Shown piece after piece: positions 1 through 13,119 of a stretch of 64,000 bases of DNA. The notes beneath the pieces were generated by a model. The model was given only the letters and a program-made list of their open reading frames with translations, ran no database searches and was not told the origin of the DNA. The position numbers and the translations under genes were made by a program. Source of the stretch: Eledone cirrhosa (taxonomy: Eukaryota); contig OZ024745.1 in NCBI GenBank assembly GCA_964016885.1, positions 89,094,001 to 89,158,000 on the forward strand, in the 5' to 3' direction. Numbering within the stretch: position 1 is the stretch's first letter; each line of letters opens with the position of its first letter.

Positions 1-195
1 CATAAATGTAGTTGCTACATAGATTGTTATATATCTAGTTGCTACATATATTGAAATGGTCGTAGTTGCTACATAGATTGCTATAGATGTAGTTGCTACA
101 TAGATTGCCATAGATGTAGTTGCTACATAGATCGTCATAGACGTAGTTGCTACATAGATTGTTATAGATGTAGTTGCTCCATAGATTGCCATTTA

Positions 196-210
196 TGTAG
201 TTGCTACATA
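196..210. repeat. Intra-monomer inverted repeat ATGTAG-TTG-CTACAT (6-bp arms, 3-nt loop); example copy, present in most monomers
   Basis: ATGTAG and CTACAT are exact reverse complements. The stem reaches 10 bp in ATATATGTAG-TTG-CTACATATAT variants, e.g. 9502-9524. Confidence 0.95.
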
Positions 211-759
211 GATTGTTATAAATGTAGTTGCTACATAGATTGCCATAGATGTATTTGCTACATAGATTGCCATAGATGTAGTTGCTACATTGATTGTTAT
301 AGATGTAGTTGCTACATACATTGTTATATATGTAGTTGCTACATAGATTGTTATAGATGTAGTTGCTACACAGATCGCCATAGATGTAGTTGCTACATAG
401 ATTGCTATAGATGTAGTAGCTACATAGATTGCTATAGATGTAGTTGCTACATATATTGCTATAGATGTAGTTGCTACATAGATTGTTATAAATGTAGTTG
501 CTACATAGATTGTTATAGATGTAGTTGCTACATAGATTGCTATAGATGTATTTGCTACATATATTGCTATAGATGTAGTTGCTACATAGATTGTTATAGA
601 TGTAGTTGCTACATAGATTGTTATAAATGTAGTTGCTACATAGATTGCTATATAAGTAGTTGCTACATATATTGCCATAGATGTAGTTGCTACATAGATT
701 GCCATAGATGTAGTTGCTACATAGATTGCCATAGATGTAGTTGCTACATAGATCGCCAT

Positions 760-1010
760 TTATGTAGTTGCTACATAGATTGTTATAGATGTAGTTGCTA
801 CATAGATTGCCATAGATGTAGTTGCTACATAGATTGCCATAGATGTAGTTGCTACATTGATTGTTATAGATGTAGTTGCTACATATATTGTTATAGATGT
901 AGTTGCTACATAGATTGTTATAGATTTAGTTGCTACATAGATTGCTATAGATGTAGTTGCTGCATAGATTGCTATAGATGTAGTTGCTACATAGATTGCT
1001 ATAATGTAGT
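760..1010. repeat. Recurrent 9-monomer cassette (CCATTTATG monomer ... ACATTGATT ... ACATATATT ... GCTGCAT) ending in a 26-bp deletion monomer (GCTATAATGTAG); example copy
   Basis: Same-length copies start at 760, 3297, 4916, 7831, 10260, 15577, 17871, 23594, 30315, 33247, 35379, 37916, 39454, 41315, 42448, 48870, 50595 and 52214. In each, the 26-mer marker lies 239 bp downstream. Confidence 0.9.
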
Positions 1011-4000
1011 TGCTACATAGATTGCTATATAAGTAATTGCTACAATGATTGCTATAGGTGAAGTTGTTACATAGAATGTTATAGATATAGTTGCTACATA
1101 GATTGCTATAGATGTATTTGCTACATAGATAGTTATAGATGTAGTTGCGACATAGATTGTTATAGATGTAGTTGCTGTATAGACTGCTATAGATCTATTT
1201 GCTACATAGATTGTTATATATGTAGTTGGTACAGAGATTGTTATAGATGTAGTTGCTACATAGATTGTTATAGATGTAGTTGCTACATAGATTGTTATAG
1301 ATGTAGTTGCTAGATAGATTGCTATATAAGTAGTTGCTACATATATTGTTATAGATGTAGTTGCTACATAGATTGCCATAGATGGAGTTGCTACATAGAT
1401 TGCCATAGATGTAGTTGCTACATAGATTGCCATAGATGTAGTTGCTACATAGATTGACATAGATGTAGTTGCTACATAGATTGTTATAGATGTAGTTGCT
1501 ACATAGATTGTTATAGATGTAGTTGCTACATAGATTGCCATAGATGTAGTTGCTACATAGATTGTTACAGATGTAATTGCTACATTGATTGTTATAGATG
1601 TAGTTGCTACATAGATTGTTTTAGATGTAGTTGCTACATAGATTGTTATAGATGTAGTTGCTACATAGATTGCCATAGATGTAGTTGCTACATAGATTGT
1701 TATAGTTGTAGTTGCTACATATATTGAAATGGACGTAGTTGCTACATAGATTGTTATAGATGTAGTTGCTACATAGATTGCCATAGATGTAGTTGCTACA
1801 TAGATTGATATATATGTAGTTGCTATATGGATTGCTATAGATGTAGTTGCTACATAGATTGTTATAGATGTAGTTGCTACATAGATTGCTATAGATGTAG
1901 TTGCTACATAGATTGCCATAGATGTAGTTGCTACATAGATCGTCATAGACGTAGTTGCTACATAGATTGTTATAGATGTAGTTGCTACATAGATTGCCAT
2001 TTATGTAGTTGCTACATAGATTGTTATAAATGTAGTTGCTACATAGATTGCCATAGATGTATTTGCTACATAGATTGGCATAGATGTAGTTGCTACATTG
2101 ATTGTTATAGATGTAGTTGCTACATAGCTTCTTATATATGTAGTTGCTACACAGATCGCCATAGACGTAGTTGCTACAAAGATTGCTATAGATGTAGTAG
2201 CTACATAGATTGCTATAGATGTAGTTGCTATATATATTGCTATAGATGTAGTTGCTACATAGATTGTTATAGATGTAGTTGCTACATAGATTACTATAGA
2301 TGTATTTGCTACATAGATTGTTATAGATGTATTTTCTACATAGATTGTTAGAGATGTAGTTGCTACATAGATTGCCATAGATGTAGTTGATACATAGATT
2401 GCCATAGATGTAGTTGCTACATAGATTGTTATAGATGTAGTTGCTACATAGATTGCCATAGATGGAGTTGCTACATAGATTGCCATAGATGTAGTTGCAA
2501 CATAGATTGCCATAGATGTAGTTGCTACATATATTGTCATATATGTAGTTGCTACATAGATTGCCATAGATGTAGTTGCTACATAGATTGTTATAGATGT
2601 AGTTGCTAAATAGATTGCTATAGATGTAGTTGCTACATAGATTGTTATAGATGTAGTTGCTACATAGATTGCCATAGATGTAGTTGCTACATAGATTGTT
2701 ATAGATGTAGTTGCTACATTGATTGTTATAGATGTAGTTGCTACATAGATTGTTATAGATGTAGTTGCTACATAGATTGTTATAGTTGTAGTTGCTACAT
2801 AGATTGCCATAGATGTAGTTGCTACATAGATTGTTATATATGTAGTTGCTACCTATATTGAAATGGACGTAGTTGCTACATAGATTGCTATAGATGTAGT
2901 TGCTACATAGATTGCCATAGATGTAGTTGCTACATAGATCGTCATAGACGTAGTTGCTACATAGATTGTTATAGATGTAGTTGCTACATAGATTGCCATT
3001 TATGTAGTTGCTACATAGATTGTTATAAATGTAGTTGCTACATAGATTGCCATAGATATAGTTGCTACATTGATTGTTATAGATGTAGTTGCTACATACA
3101 TTGTTATAGATGTAGTTGCTACATAGATTGTTATAGATGTAGTTGCTACATAGATTGTTATAAATGTAGTTGCTACATAGATTGCTATATAAGTAGTTGC
3201 TACATATATTGCCATAGATGTAGTTGCTACATAGATTGCCATAGACGTAGTTGCTACATAGATTGCCATAGATGTAGTTGCTACACAGATTGCCATTTAT
3301 GTAGTTGCTACATAGATTGTTCTAGATGTAGTTGCTACATAGATTGCCATAGATATAGTTGCTACATAGATTGCCATAGATGTAGTTGCTACATTGATTG
3401 TTATAGATGTAGTTGCTACATATATTGTTATAGATGTAGTTGCTACATAGATTGTTATAGATGTAGTTGCTACATAGATTGCTATAGATGTAGTTGCTGC
3501 ATAGATTGCTATAGATGTAGTTGCTACATAGATTGCTATAATGTAGTTGCTACATAGATTGCTATATAAGTAATTGCTACAATGATTGCTATAGATGTAG
3601 TTGCTACATAGATTGTTATAGATGTAGTTGCTACATAGATTGCTATAGATGTATTTGCTACATAGATAGTTATAGATGTAGTTGCGACATAGATTGTTAT
3701 AGATGTAGTTGCTATATAGATTGCTATAGATCTATTTGCTACATAGATTGTTATAGATGTAGTTGGTACAGAGATTGTTATAGATGTAGTTGCTACATAG
3801 ATTGTTATAGATGTAGTTGCTACATAGATTGTTATAGATGTAGTTGCTAGATAGATTGCTATATAAGTAGTTGCTACATATATTGTCATAGATGTAGTTG
3901 CTACATAGATTGCCATAGATGTAGTTGCTACATAGATTGTTATAGATGTAGTTGCTAAATAGATTGCTATAGATGTAGTTGCTACATAGATTGTTGTAGA

Positions 4001-7000
4001 TGTAGTTGCTACATAGATTGACATATATGTAGTTGCTACATAGATTGTTATAGATGTAGTTGCTACATTGATTGTTATAGATGTAGTTGCTACATAGATT
4101 GTTATAGATGTAGTTGCTACATAGATTGTTATAGTTGTAGTTGCTACATAGATTGCCATAAATGTAGTTGCTACATAGATTGTTATATATCTAGTTGCTA
4201 CATATATTGAAATGGTCGTAGTTGCTACATAGATTGCTATAGATGTAGTTGCTACATAGATTGCCATAGATGTAGTTGCTACATAGATCGTCATAGACGT
4301 AGTTGCTACATAGATTGTTATAGATGTAGTTGCTCCATAGATTGCCATTTATGTAGTTGCTACATAGATTGTTATAAATGTAGTTGCTACATAGATTGCC
4401 ATAGATGTATTTGCTACATAGATTGCCATAGATGTAGTTGCTACATTGATTGTTATAGATGTAGTTGCTACATACATTGTTATATATGTAGTTGCTACAT
4501 AGATTGTTATAGATGTAGTTGCTACACAGATCGCCATAGATGTAGTTGCTACATAGATTGCTATAGATGTAGTAGCTACATAGATTGCTATAGATGTAGT
4601 TGCTACATATATTGCTATAGATGTAGTTGCTACATAGATTGTTATAAATGTAGTTGCTACATAGATTGTTATAGATGTAGTTGCTACATAGATTGCTATA
4701 GATGTATTTGCTACATATATTGCTATAGATGTAGTTGCTACATAGATTGTTATAGATGTAGTTGCTACATAGATTGTTATAAATGTAGTTGCTACATAGA
4801 TTGCTATATAAGTAGTTGCTACATATATTGCCATAGATGTAGTTGCTACATAGATTGCCATAGATGTAGTTGCTACATAGATTGCCATAGATGTAGTTGC
4901 TACATAGATCGCCATTTATGTAGTTGCTACATAGATTGTTATAGATGTAGTTGCTACATAGATTGCCATAGATGTAGTTGCTACATAGATTGCCATAGAT
5001 GTAGTTGCTACATTGATTGTTATAGATGTAGTTGCTACATATATTGTTATAGATGTAGTTGCTACATAGATTGTTATAGATTTAGTTGCTACATAGATTG
5101 CTATAGATGTAGTTGCTGCATAGATTGCTATAGATGTAGTTGCTACATAGATTGCTATAATGTAGTTGCTACATAGATTGCTATATAAGTAATTGCTACA
5201 ATGATTGCTATAGGTGTAGTTGTTACATAGAATGTTATAGATATAGTTGCTACATAGATTGCTATAGATGTATTTGCTACATAGATAGTTATAGATGTAG
5301 TTGCGACATAGATTGTTATAGATGTAGTTGCTGTATAGACTGCTATAGATCTATTTGCTACATAGATTGTTATATATGTAGTTGGTACAGAGATTGTTAT
5401 AGATGTAGTTGCTACATAGATTGTTATAGATGTAGTTGCTACATAGATTGTTATAGATGTAGTTGCTAGATAGATTGCTATATAAGTAGTTGCTACATAT
5501 ATTGTTATAGATGTAGTTGCTACATAGATTGCCATAGATGGAGTTGCTACATAGATTGCCATAGATGTAGTTGCTACATAGATTGCCATAGATGTAGTTG
5601 CTACATAGATTGACATAGATGTAGTTGCTACATAGATTGTTATAGATGTAGTTGCTACATAGATTGTTATAGATGTAGTTGCTACATAGATTGCCATAGA
5701 TGTAGTTGCTACATAGATTGTTACAGATGTAATTGCTACATTGATTGTTATAGATGTAGTTGCTACATAGATTGTTTTAGATGTAGTTGCTACATAGATT
5801 GTTATAGATGTAGTTGCTACATAGATTGCCATAGATGTAGTTGCTACATAGATTGTTATAGTTGTAGTTGCTACATATATTGAAATGGACGTAGTTGCTA
5901 CATAGATTGTTATAGATGTAGTTGCTACATAGATTGCCATAGATGTAGTTGCTACATAGATTGATATATATGTAGTTGCTATATGGATTGCTATAGATGT
6001 AGTTGCTACATAGATTGTTATAGATGTAGTTGCTACATAGATTGCTATAGATGTAGTTGCTACATAGATTGCCATAGATGTAGTTGCTACATAGATCGTC
6101 ATAGACGTAGTTGCTACATAGATTGTTATAGATGTAGTTGCTACATAGATTGCCATTTATGTAGTTGCTACATAGATTGTTATAAATGTAGTTGCTACAT
6201 AGATTGCCATAGATGTATTTGCTACATAGATTGGCATAGATGTAGTTGCTACATTGATTGTTATAGATGTAGTTGCTACATAGCTTCTTATATATGTAGT
6301 TGCTACACAGATCGCCATAGACGTAGTTGCTACAAAGATTGCTATAGATGTAGTAGCTACATAGATTGCTATAGATGTAGTTGCTATATATATTGCTATA
6401 GATGTAGTTGCTACATAGATTGTTATAGATGTAGTTGCTACATAGATTACTATAGATGTATTTGCTACATAGATTGTTATAGATGTATTTTCTACATAGA
6501 TTGTTAGAGATGTAGTTGCTACATAGATTGCCATAGATGTAGTTGATACATAGATTGCCATAGATGTAGTTGCTACATAGATTGTTATAGATGTAGTTGC
6601 TACATAGATTGCCATAGATGGAGTTGCTACATAGATTGCCATAGATGTAGTTGCAACATAGATTGCCATAGATGTAGTTGCTACATATATTGTCATATAT
6701 GTAGTTGCTACATAGATTGCCATAGATGTAGTTGCTACATAGATTGTTATAGATGTAGTTGCTAAATAGATTGCTATAGATGTAGTTGCTACATAGATTG
6801 TTATAGATGTAGTTGCTACATAGATTGCCATAGATGTAGTTGCTACATAGATTGTTATAGATGTAGTTGCTACATTGATTGTTATAGATGTAGTTGCTAC
6901 ATAGATTGTTATAGATGTAGTTGCTACATAGATTGTTATAGTTGTAGTTGCTACATAGATTGCCATAGATGTAGTTGCTACATAGATTGTTATATATGTA

Positions 7001-7622
7001 GTTGCTACCTATATTGAAATGGACGTAGTTGCTACATAGATTGCTATAGATGTAGTTGTTACATAGATTGCCATAGATGTAGTTGCTACATAGATCGTCA
7101 TAGACGTAGTTGCTACATAGATTGTTATAGATGTAGTTGCTACATAGATTGCCATTTATGTAGTTGCTACATAGATTGTTATAAATGTAGTTGCTACATA
7201 GATTGCCATAGATATAGTTGCTACATTGATTGTTATAGATGTAGTTGCTACATACATTGTTATAGATGTAGTTGCTACATAGATTGTTATAGATGTAGTT
7301 GCTACACAGATCGCCATAGATGTAGTTGCTACATAGATTGCTATAGATGTAGTAGCTACATAGATTGCTATAGATGTAGTTGCTACATATATTGCTATAG
7401 ATGTAGTTGCTACATAGATTGTTATAGATGTAGTTGCTACATAGATTGCTATATATGTATTTGCTACATAGATTGTTATAGATGTAGTTGCTACATAGAT
7501 TGTTATAGATGTAGTTGCTACATAGTTTGCTATAGATGTATTTGCTACATAGATTGTTATAGATGTAGTTGCTACATAGATTTTTATAGATGTAGTTGCT
7601 ACATAGATTGCTATAGATGTAT

Positions 7623-10600
7623 TTGCTACATATATTGCTATAGATGTAGTTGCTACATAGATTGTTATAGATGTAGTTGCTACATAGATTGTTATAAATG
7701 TAGTTGCTACATAGATTGCTATATAAGTAGTTGCTACATATATTGCCATAGATGTAGTTGCTACATAGATTGCCATAGACGTAGTTGCTACATAGATTGC
7801 CATAGATGTAGTTGCTACACAGATTGCCATTTATGTAGTTGCTACATAGATTGTTATAGATGTAGTTGCTACATAGATTGCCATAGATATAGTTGCTACA
7901 TAGATTGCCATAGATGTAGTTGCTACATTGATTGTTATAGATGTAGTTGCTACATATATTGTTATAGATGTAGTTGCTACATAGATTGTTATAGATGTAG
8001 TTGCTACATAGATTGCTATAGATGTAGTTGCTGCATAGATTGCTATAGATGTAGTTGCTACATAGATTGCTATAATGTAGTTGCTACATAGATTGCTATA
8101 TAAGTAATTGCTACAATGATTGCTATAGATGTAGTTGCTACATAGATTGTTATAGATGTAGTTGCTACATAGATTGCTATAGATGTATTTGCTACATAGA
8201 TAGTTATAGATGTAGTTGCGACATAGATTGTTATAGATGTAGTTGCTATATAGATTGCTATAGATCTATTTGCTACATAGATTGTTATAGATGTAGTTGG
8301 TACAGAGATTGTTATAGATGTAGTTGCTACATAGATTGTTATAGATGTAGTTGCTACATAGATTGTTATAGATGTAGTTGCTAGATAGATTGCTATATAA
8401 GTAGTTGCTACATATATTGTTATAGATGTAGTTGCTACATAGATTGCCATATATGGAGTTGCTACATAGATTGCCATAGATGTAGTTGCTACATAGATTG
8501 CCATAGATGTAGTTGCTACATAGATTGCTATATATGTAGTTGCTACATATATTGCCATAGATGTAGTTGCTACATAGATTGCTATATATGTAGTTGCTAC
8601 ATAGATTGCCATAGATGTAGTTACTACATAGATTGTTATAGATGTAGTTGCTACATAGATTGTTATAGATGTAGTTGCTACATAGATTGCCATAGATGTA
8701 GTTGCTACATAGATTGTTATAGATGTAGTTGCTACATTGATTGTTATAGATGTAGTTGCTACATAGATTGCCATTTATGTAGTTGCTACATAGATTGTTA
8801 TAAATGTAGTTGCTACATAGATTGCCATAGATATAGTTGCTACATTGATTGTTATAGATGTAGTTGCTACATACATTGTTATAGATGTAGTTGCTACATA
8901 GATTGTTATAGATGTAGTTGCTACACAGATCGCCATAGATGTAGTTGCTACATAGATTGCTATAGATGTAGTAGCTACATAGATTGCTATAGATGTAGTT
9001 GCTACATATATTGCTATAGATGTAGTTGCTACATAGATTGTTATAGATGTAGTTGCTACATAGATTGCTATATATGTATTTGCTACATAGATTGTTATAG
9101 ATGTAGTTGCTACATAGATTGTTATAGATGTAGTTGCTACATAGATTGCCATTGATGGAGTTGCTACGTAGATTACCATAGATGTAGTTGCTACATAGAT
9201 TGCCATAGATGTAGTTGCTACATAGATTGCCATAGATGTAGTTGCTACATAGATTGTTATATATGTAGTTGCTAAATAGATTGCTATAAATGTAGTTGCT
9301 ACATAGATTGTTATAGATGTAGTTGCTACATAGATTGCCATAGATGTAGTTGCTACGTAGATTGCCATAGATGTAGTTGCTACATTGATTGTTATAGATG
9401 TAGTTGCTACATAGATTGTTATAGATGTAGTTGCTACATAGATTGTTATAGATGTAGTTGCTACATAGATTATGATAGATGTAGTTTCTACATAGATTGT
9501 TATATATGTAGTTGCTACATATATTGAAATGGACGTAGTTGCTACATAGATTGTTATATATGTAGTTGCTACATAGATTGCCATAGATGTAGTTGTTACA
9601 TAGATTGTTATATATGTAGTTGCTACATAGATTGCTATAGATGTAGTTGCTACATAGATTGTTATAGATGTAGTTGCTACATAGATTGCTATAGATGTAG
9701 TTGCTACATAGATTGCCATAGATGTAGTTGCTACATAGATCGTCATAGACGTAGTTGCTACATAGATTGTTATAGATGTAGTTGCTACATAGATTACCAT
9801 TTATGTAGTTGCTACATAGATTGTTATAAATGTAGTTGCTACATAGATTGCCATAGATGTATTTGCTACATAGATTGCCATAGATGTAGTTGCTACATTG
9901 ATTGTTATAGATGTAGTTGCTACATATATTGTTATAGATGTAGTTGCTACATAGATTGTTATAGATGTAGTTGCTACACAGATCGCCATAGATGTAGTTG
10001 CTACATAGATTGCTATAGATGTAGTAGCTACATAGATTGCTATAGATGTAGTTGCTACATATATTGCTATAGATGTAGTTGCTACATAGATTGTTATAGA
10101 TGTAGTTGCTACATAGATTGTTATAAATGTAGTTGCTACATAGATTGCTATATAAGTAGTTGCTACATATATTGCCATAGATGTAGTTGCTACATAGATT
10201 GCCATAGACGTAGTTGCTACATAGATTGCCATAGATGTAGTTGCTACACAGATTGCCATTTATGTAGTTGCTACATAGATTGTTATAGATGTAGTTGCTA
10301 CATAGATTGCCATAGATATAGTTGCTACATAGATTGCCATAGATGTAGTTGCTACATTGATTGTTATAGATGTAGTTGCTACATATATTGTTATAGATGT
10401 AGTTGCTACATAGATTGTTATAGATGTAGTTGCTACATAGATTGCTATAGATGTAGTTGCTGCATAGATTGCTATAGATGTAGTTGCTACATAGATTGCT
10501 ATAATGTAGTTGCTACATAGATTGCTATATAAGTAATTGCTACAATGATTGCTATAGATGTAGTTGCTACATAGATTGTTATAGATGTAGTTGCTACATA

Positions 10601-12549
10601 GATTGCTATAGATGTATTTGCTACATAGATAGTTATAGATGTAGTTGCGACATAGATTGTTATAGATGTAGTTGCTATATAGATTGCTATAGATCTATTT
10701 GCTACATAGATTGTTATAGATGTAGTTGGTACAGAGATTGTTATAGATGTAGTTGCTACATAGATTGTTATAGATGTAGTTGCTACATAGATTGTTATAG
10801 ATGTAGTTGCTAGATAGATTGCTATATAAGTAGTTGCTACATATATTGTTATAGATGTAGTTGCTACATAGATTGCCATATATGGAGTTGCTACATAGAT
10901 TGCCATAGATGTAGTTGCTACATAGATTGCCATAGATGTAGTTGCTACATAGATTGCTATATATGTAGTTGCTACATATATTGCCATAGATGTAGTTGCT
11001 ACATAGATTGCTATATATGTAGTTGCTACATAGATTGCCATAGATGTAGTTACTACATAGATTGTTATAGATGTAGTTGCTACATAGATTGTTATAGATG
11101 TAGTTGCTACATAGATTGCCATAGATGTAGTTGCTACATAGATTGTTATAGATGTAGTTGCTACATTGATTGTTATAGATGTAGTTGCTACATAGATTGC
11201 CATTTATGTAGTTGCTACATAGATTGTTATAAATGTAGTTGCTACATAGATTGCCATAGATATAGTTGCTACATTGATTGTTATAGATGTAGTTGCTACA
11301 TACATTGTTATAGATGTAGTTGCTACATAGATTGTTATAGATGTAGTTGCTACACAGATCGCCATAGATGTAGTTGCTACATAGATTGCTATAGATGTAG
11401 TAGCTACATAGATTGCTATAGATGTAGTTGCTACATATATTGCTATAGATGTAGTTGCTACATAGATTGTTATAGATGTAGTTGCTACATAGATTGCTAT
11501 ATATGTATTTGCTACATAGATTGTTATAGATGTAGTTGCTACATAGATTGTTATAGATGTAGTTGCTACATAGATTGCCATTGATGGAGTTGCTACGTAG
11601 ATTACCATAGATGTAGTTGCTACATAGATTGCCATAGATGTAGTTGCTACATAGATTGCCATAGATGTAGTTGCTACATAGATTGTTATATATGTAGTTG
11701 CTAAATAGATTGCTATAAATGTAGTTGCTACATAGATTGTTATAAATGTAGTTGCTACATAGATTGCCATAGATGTAGTTGCTACGTAGATTGCCATAGA
11801 TGTAGTTGCTACATTGATTGTTATAGATGTAGTTGCTACATAGATTGTTATAGATGTAGTTGCTACATAGATTGTTATAGATGTAGTTGCTACATAGATT
11901 GCGATAGATGTAGTTGCTACATAGATTGTTATATATGTAGTTGCTACATATATTGAAATGGACGTAGTTGCTACATAGATTGTTATATATGTAGTTGCTA
12001 CATAGATTGCCATAGATGTAGTTGTTACATAGATTGTTATATATGTAGTTGCTACATAGATTGCTATAGATGTAGTTGCTACATAGATTGTTATAGATGT
12101 AGTTGCTACATAGATTGCTATAGATGTAGTTGCTACATAGATTGCCATAGATGTAGTTGCTACATAGATCGTCATAGACGTAGTTGCTACATAGATTGTT
12201 ATAGATGTAGTTGCTACATAGATTACCATTTATGTAGTTGCTACATAGATTGTTATAAATGTAGTTGCTACATAGATTGCCATAGATGTATTTGCTACAT
12301 AGATTGCCATAGATGTAGTTGCTACATTGATTGTTATAGATGTAGTTGCTACATATATTGTTATAGATGTAGTTGCTACATAGATTGTTATAGATGTAGT
12401 TGCTACACAGATCGCCATAGATGTAGTTGCTACATAGATTGCTATAGATGTAGTAGCTACATAGATTGCTATAGATGTAGTTGCTACATATATTGCTATA
12501 GATGTAGTTGCTACATAGATTGTTATAGATGTAGTTGCTACATAGATTG
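7623..12549. repeat. Higher-order tandem duplication, period 2429 bp (90 monomers minus 1 bp)
   Basis: Marker offsets 7831/10260, 8070/10499, 8775/11204 and 9801/12230. Shared variants include GCCATTGATGGAG, CTACGTAGATTACC and ATTACCATTT. Confidence 0.92.
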
Positions 12550-13119
12550 CTATAGATGTATTTGCTACATAGATCGTTATAGATGTAGTTGCTACATAGA
12601 TTGTTATAGATGTAGTTGCTACATAGATTGCTATAGATGTATTTGCTACATAGATTGTTATAGATGTATTTGCTACATAGATTGTTATAGATGTAGTTGC
12701 TACATAGATTGCTATAGATGTATTGCTACATATATTGCTATAGATGTAGTTGCTACATAGATTGTTATAGATGTAGTTGCTACATAGATTGTTATAAATG
12801 TAGTTGCTACATAGATTGCTATATAAGTAGTTGCTACATATATTGCCATAGATGTAGTTGCTACATAGATTGCCATAGATGTAGTTGCTACATAGATTGC
12901 CATAGATGTAGTTGCTACATAGATTGCCATTTATGTAGTTGCTACATAGATTGTTATAGATGTAGTTGCTACATATATTGTTATAGATGTAGTTGCTACA
13001 TAGATTGTTATAGATGTAGTTGCTACATAGATTGCCATAGATGGAATTGCTACTTATATTGCTATAGATGTAGTTGCTACATAGATTGTTATAGATGTAG
13101 TTGCTACATAGATTGTTAT

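Larger units (their letters stand above)
1..8420. repeat. Higher-order tandem duplication, period 4156 bp (154 monomers minus 2 bp)
   Basis: 1-3150 matches 4157-7306, with private variants shared (ATATCTAG, GAAATGGTC, GATTTAG, GAATGTT, GCTACCTAT). After a 14-monomer (378 bp) length difference the match continues at offset 4534 to about 3886/8420. Confidence 0.93.

Noticed and set aside
648-660. TATATAAG and TATAAA variants as TATA boxes
   Set aside because: They are one- or two-base variants of the AT-rich TATAGAT in the monomer, repeated dozens of times with no downstream gene.
9502-9524. 10-bp hairpin ATATATGTAG-TTG-CTACATATAT as an intrinsic terminator
   Set aside because: The stem is AT-rich, there is no U-tract or upstream gene, and it arises from two common G>T variants coinciding.
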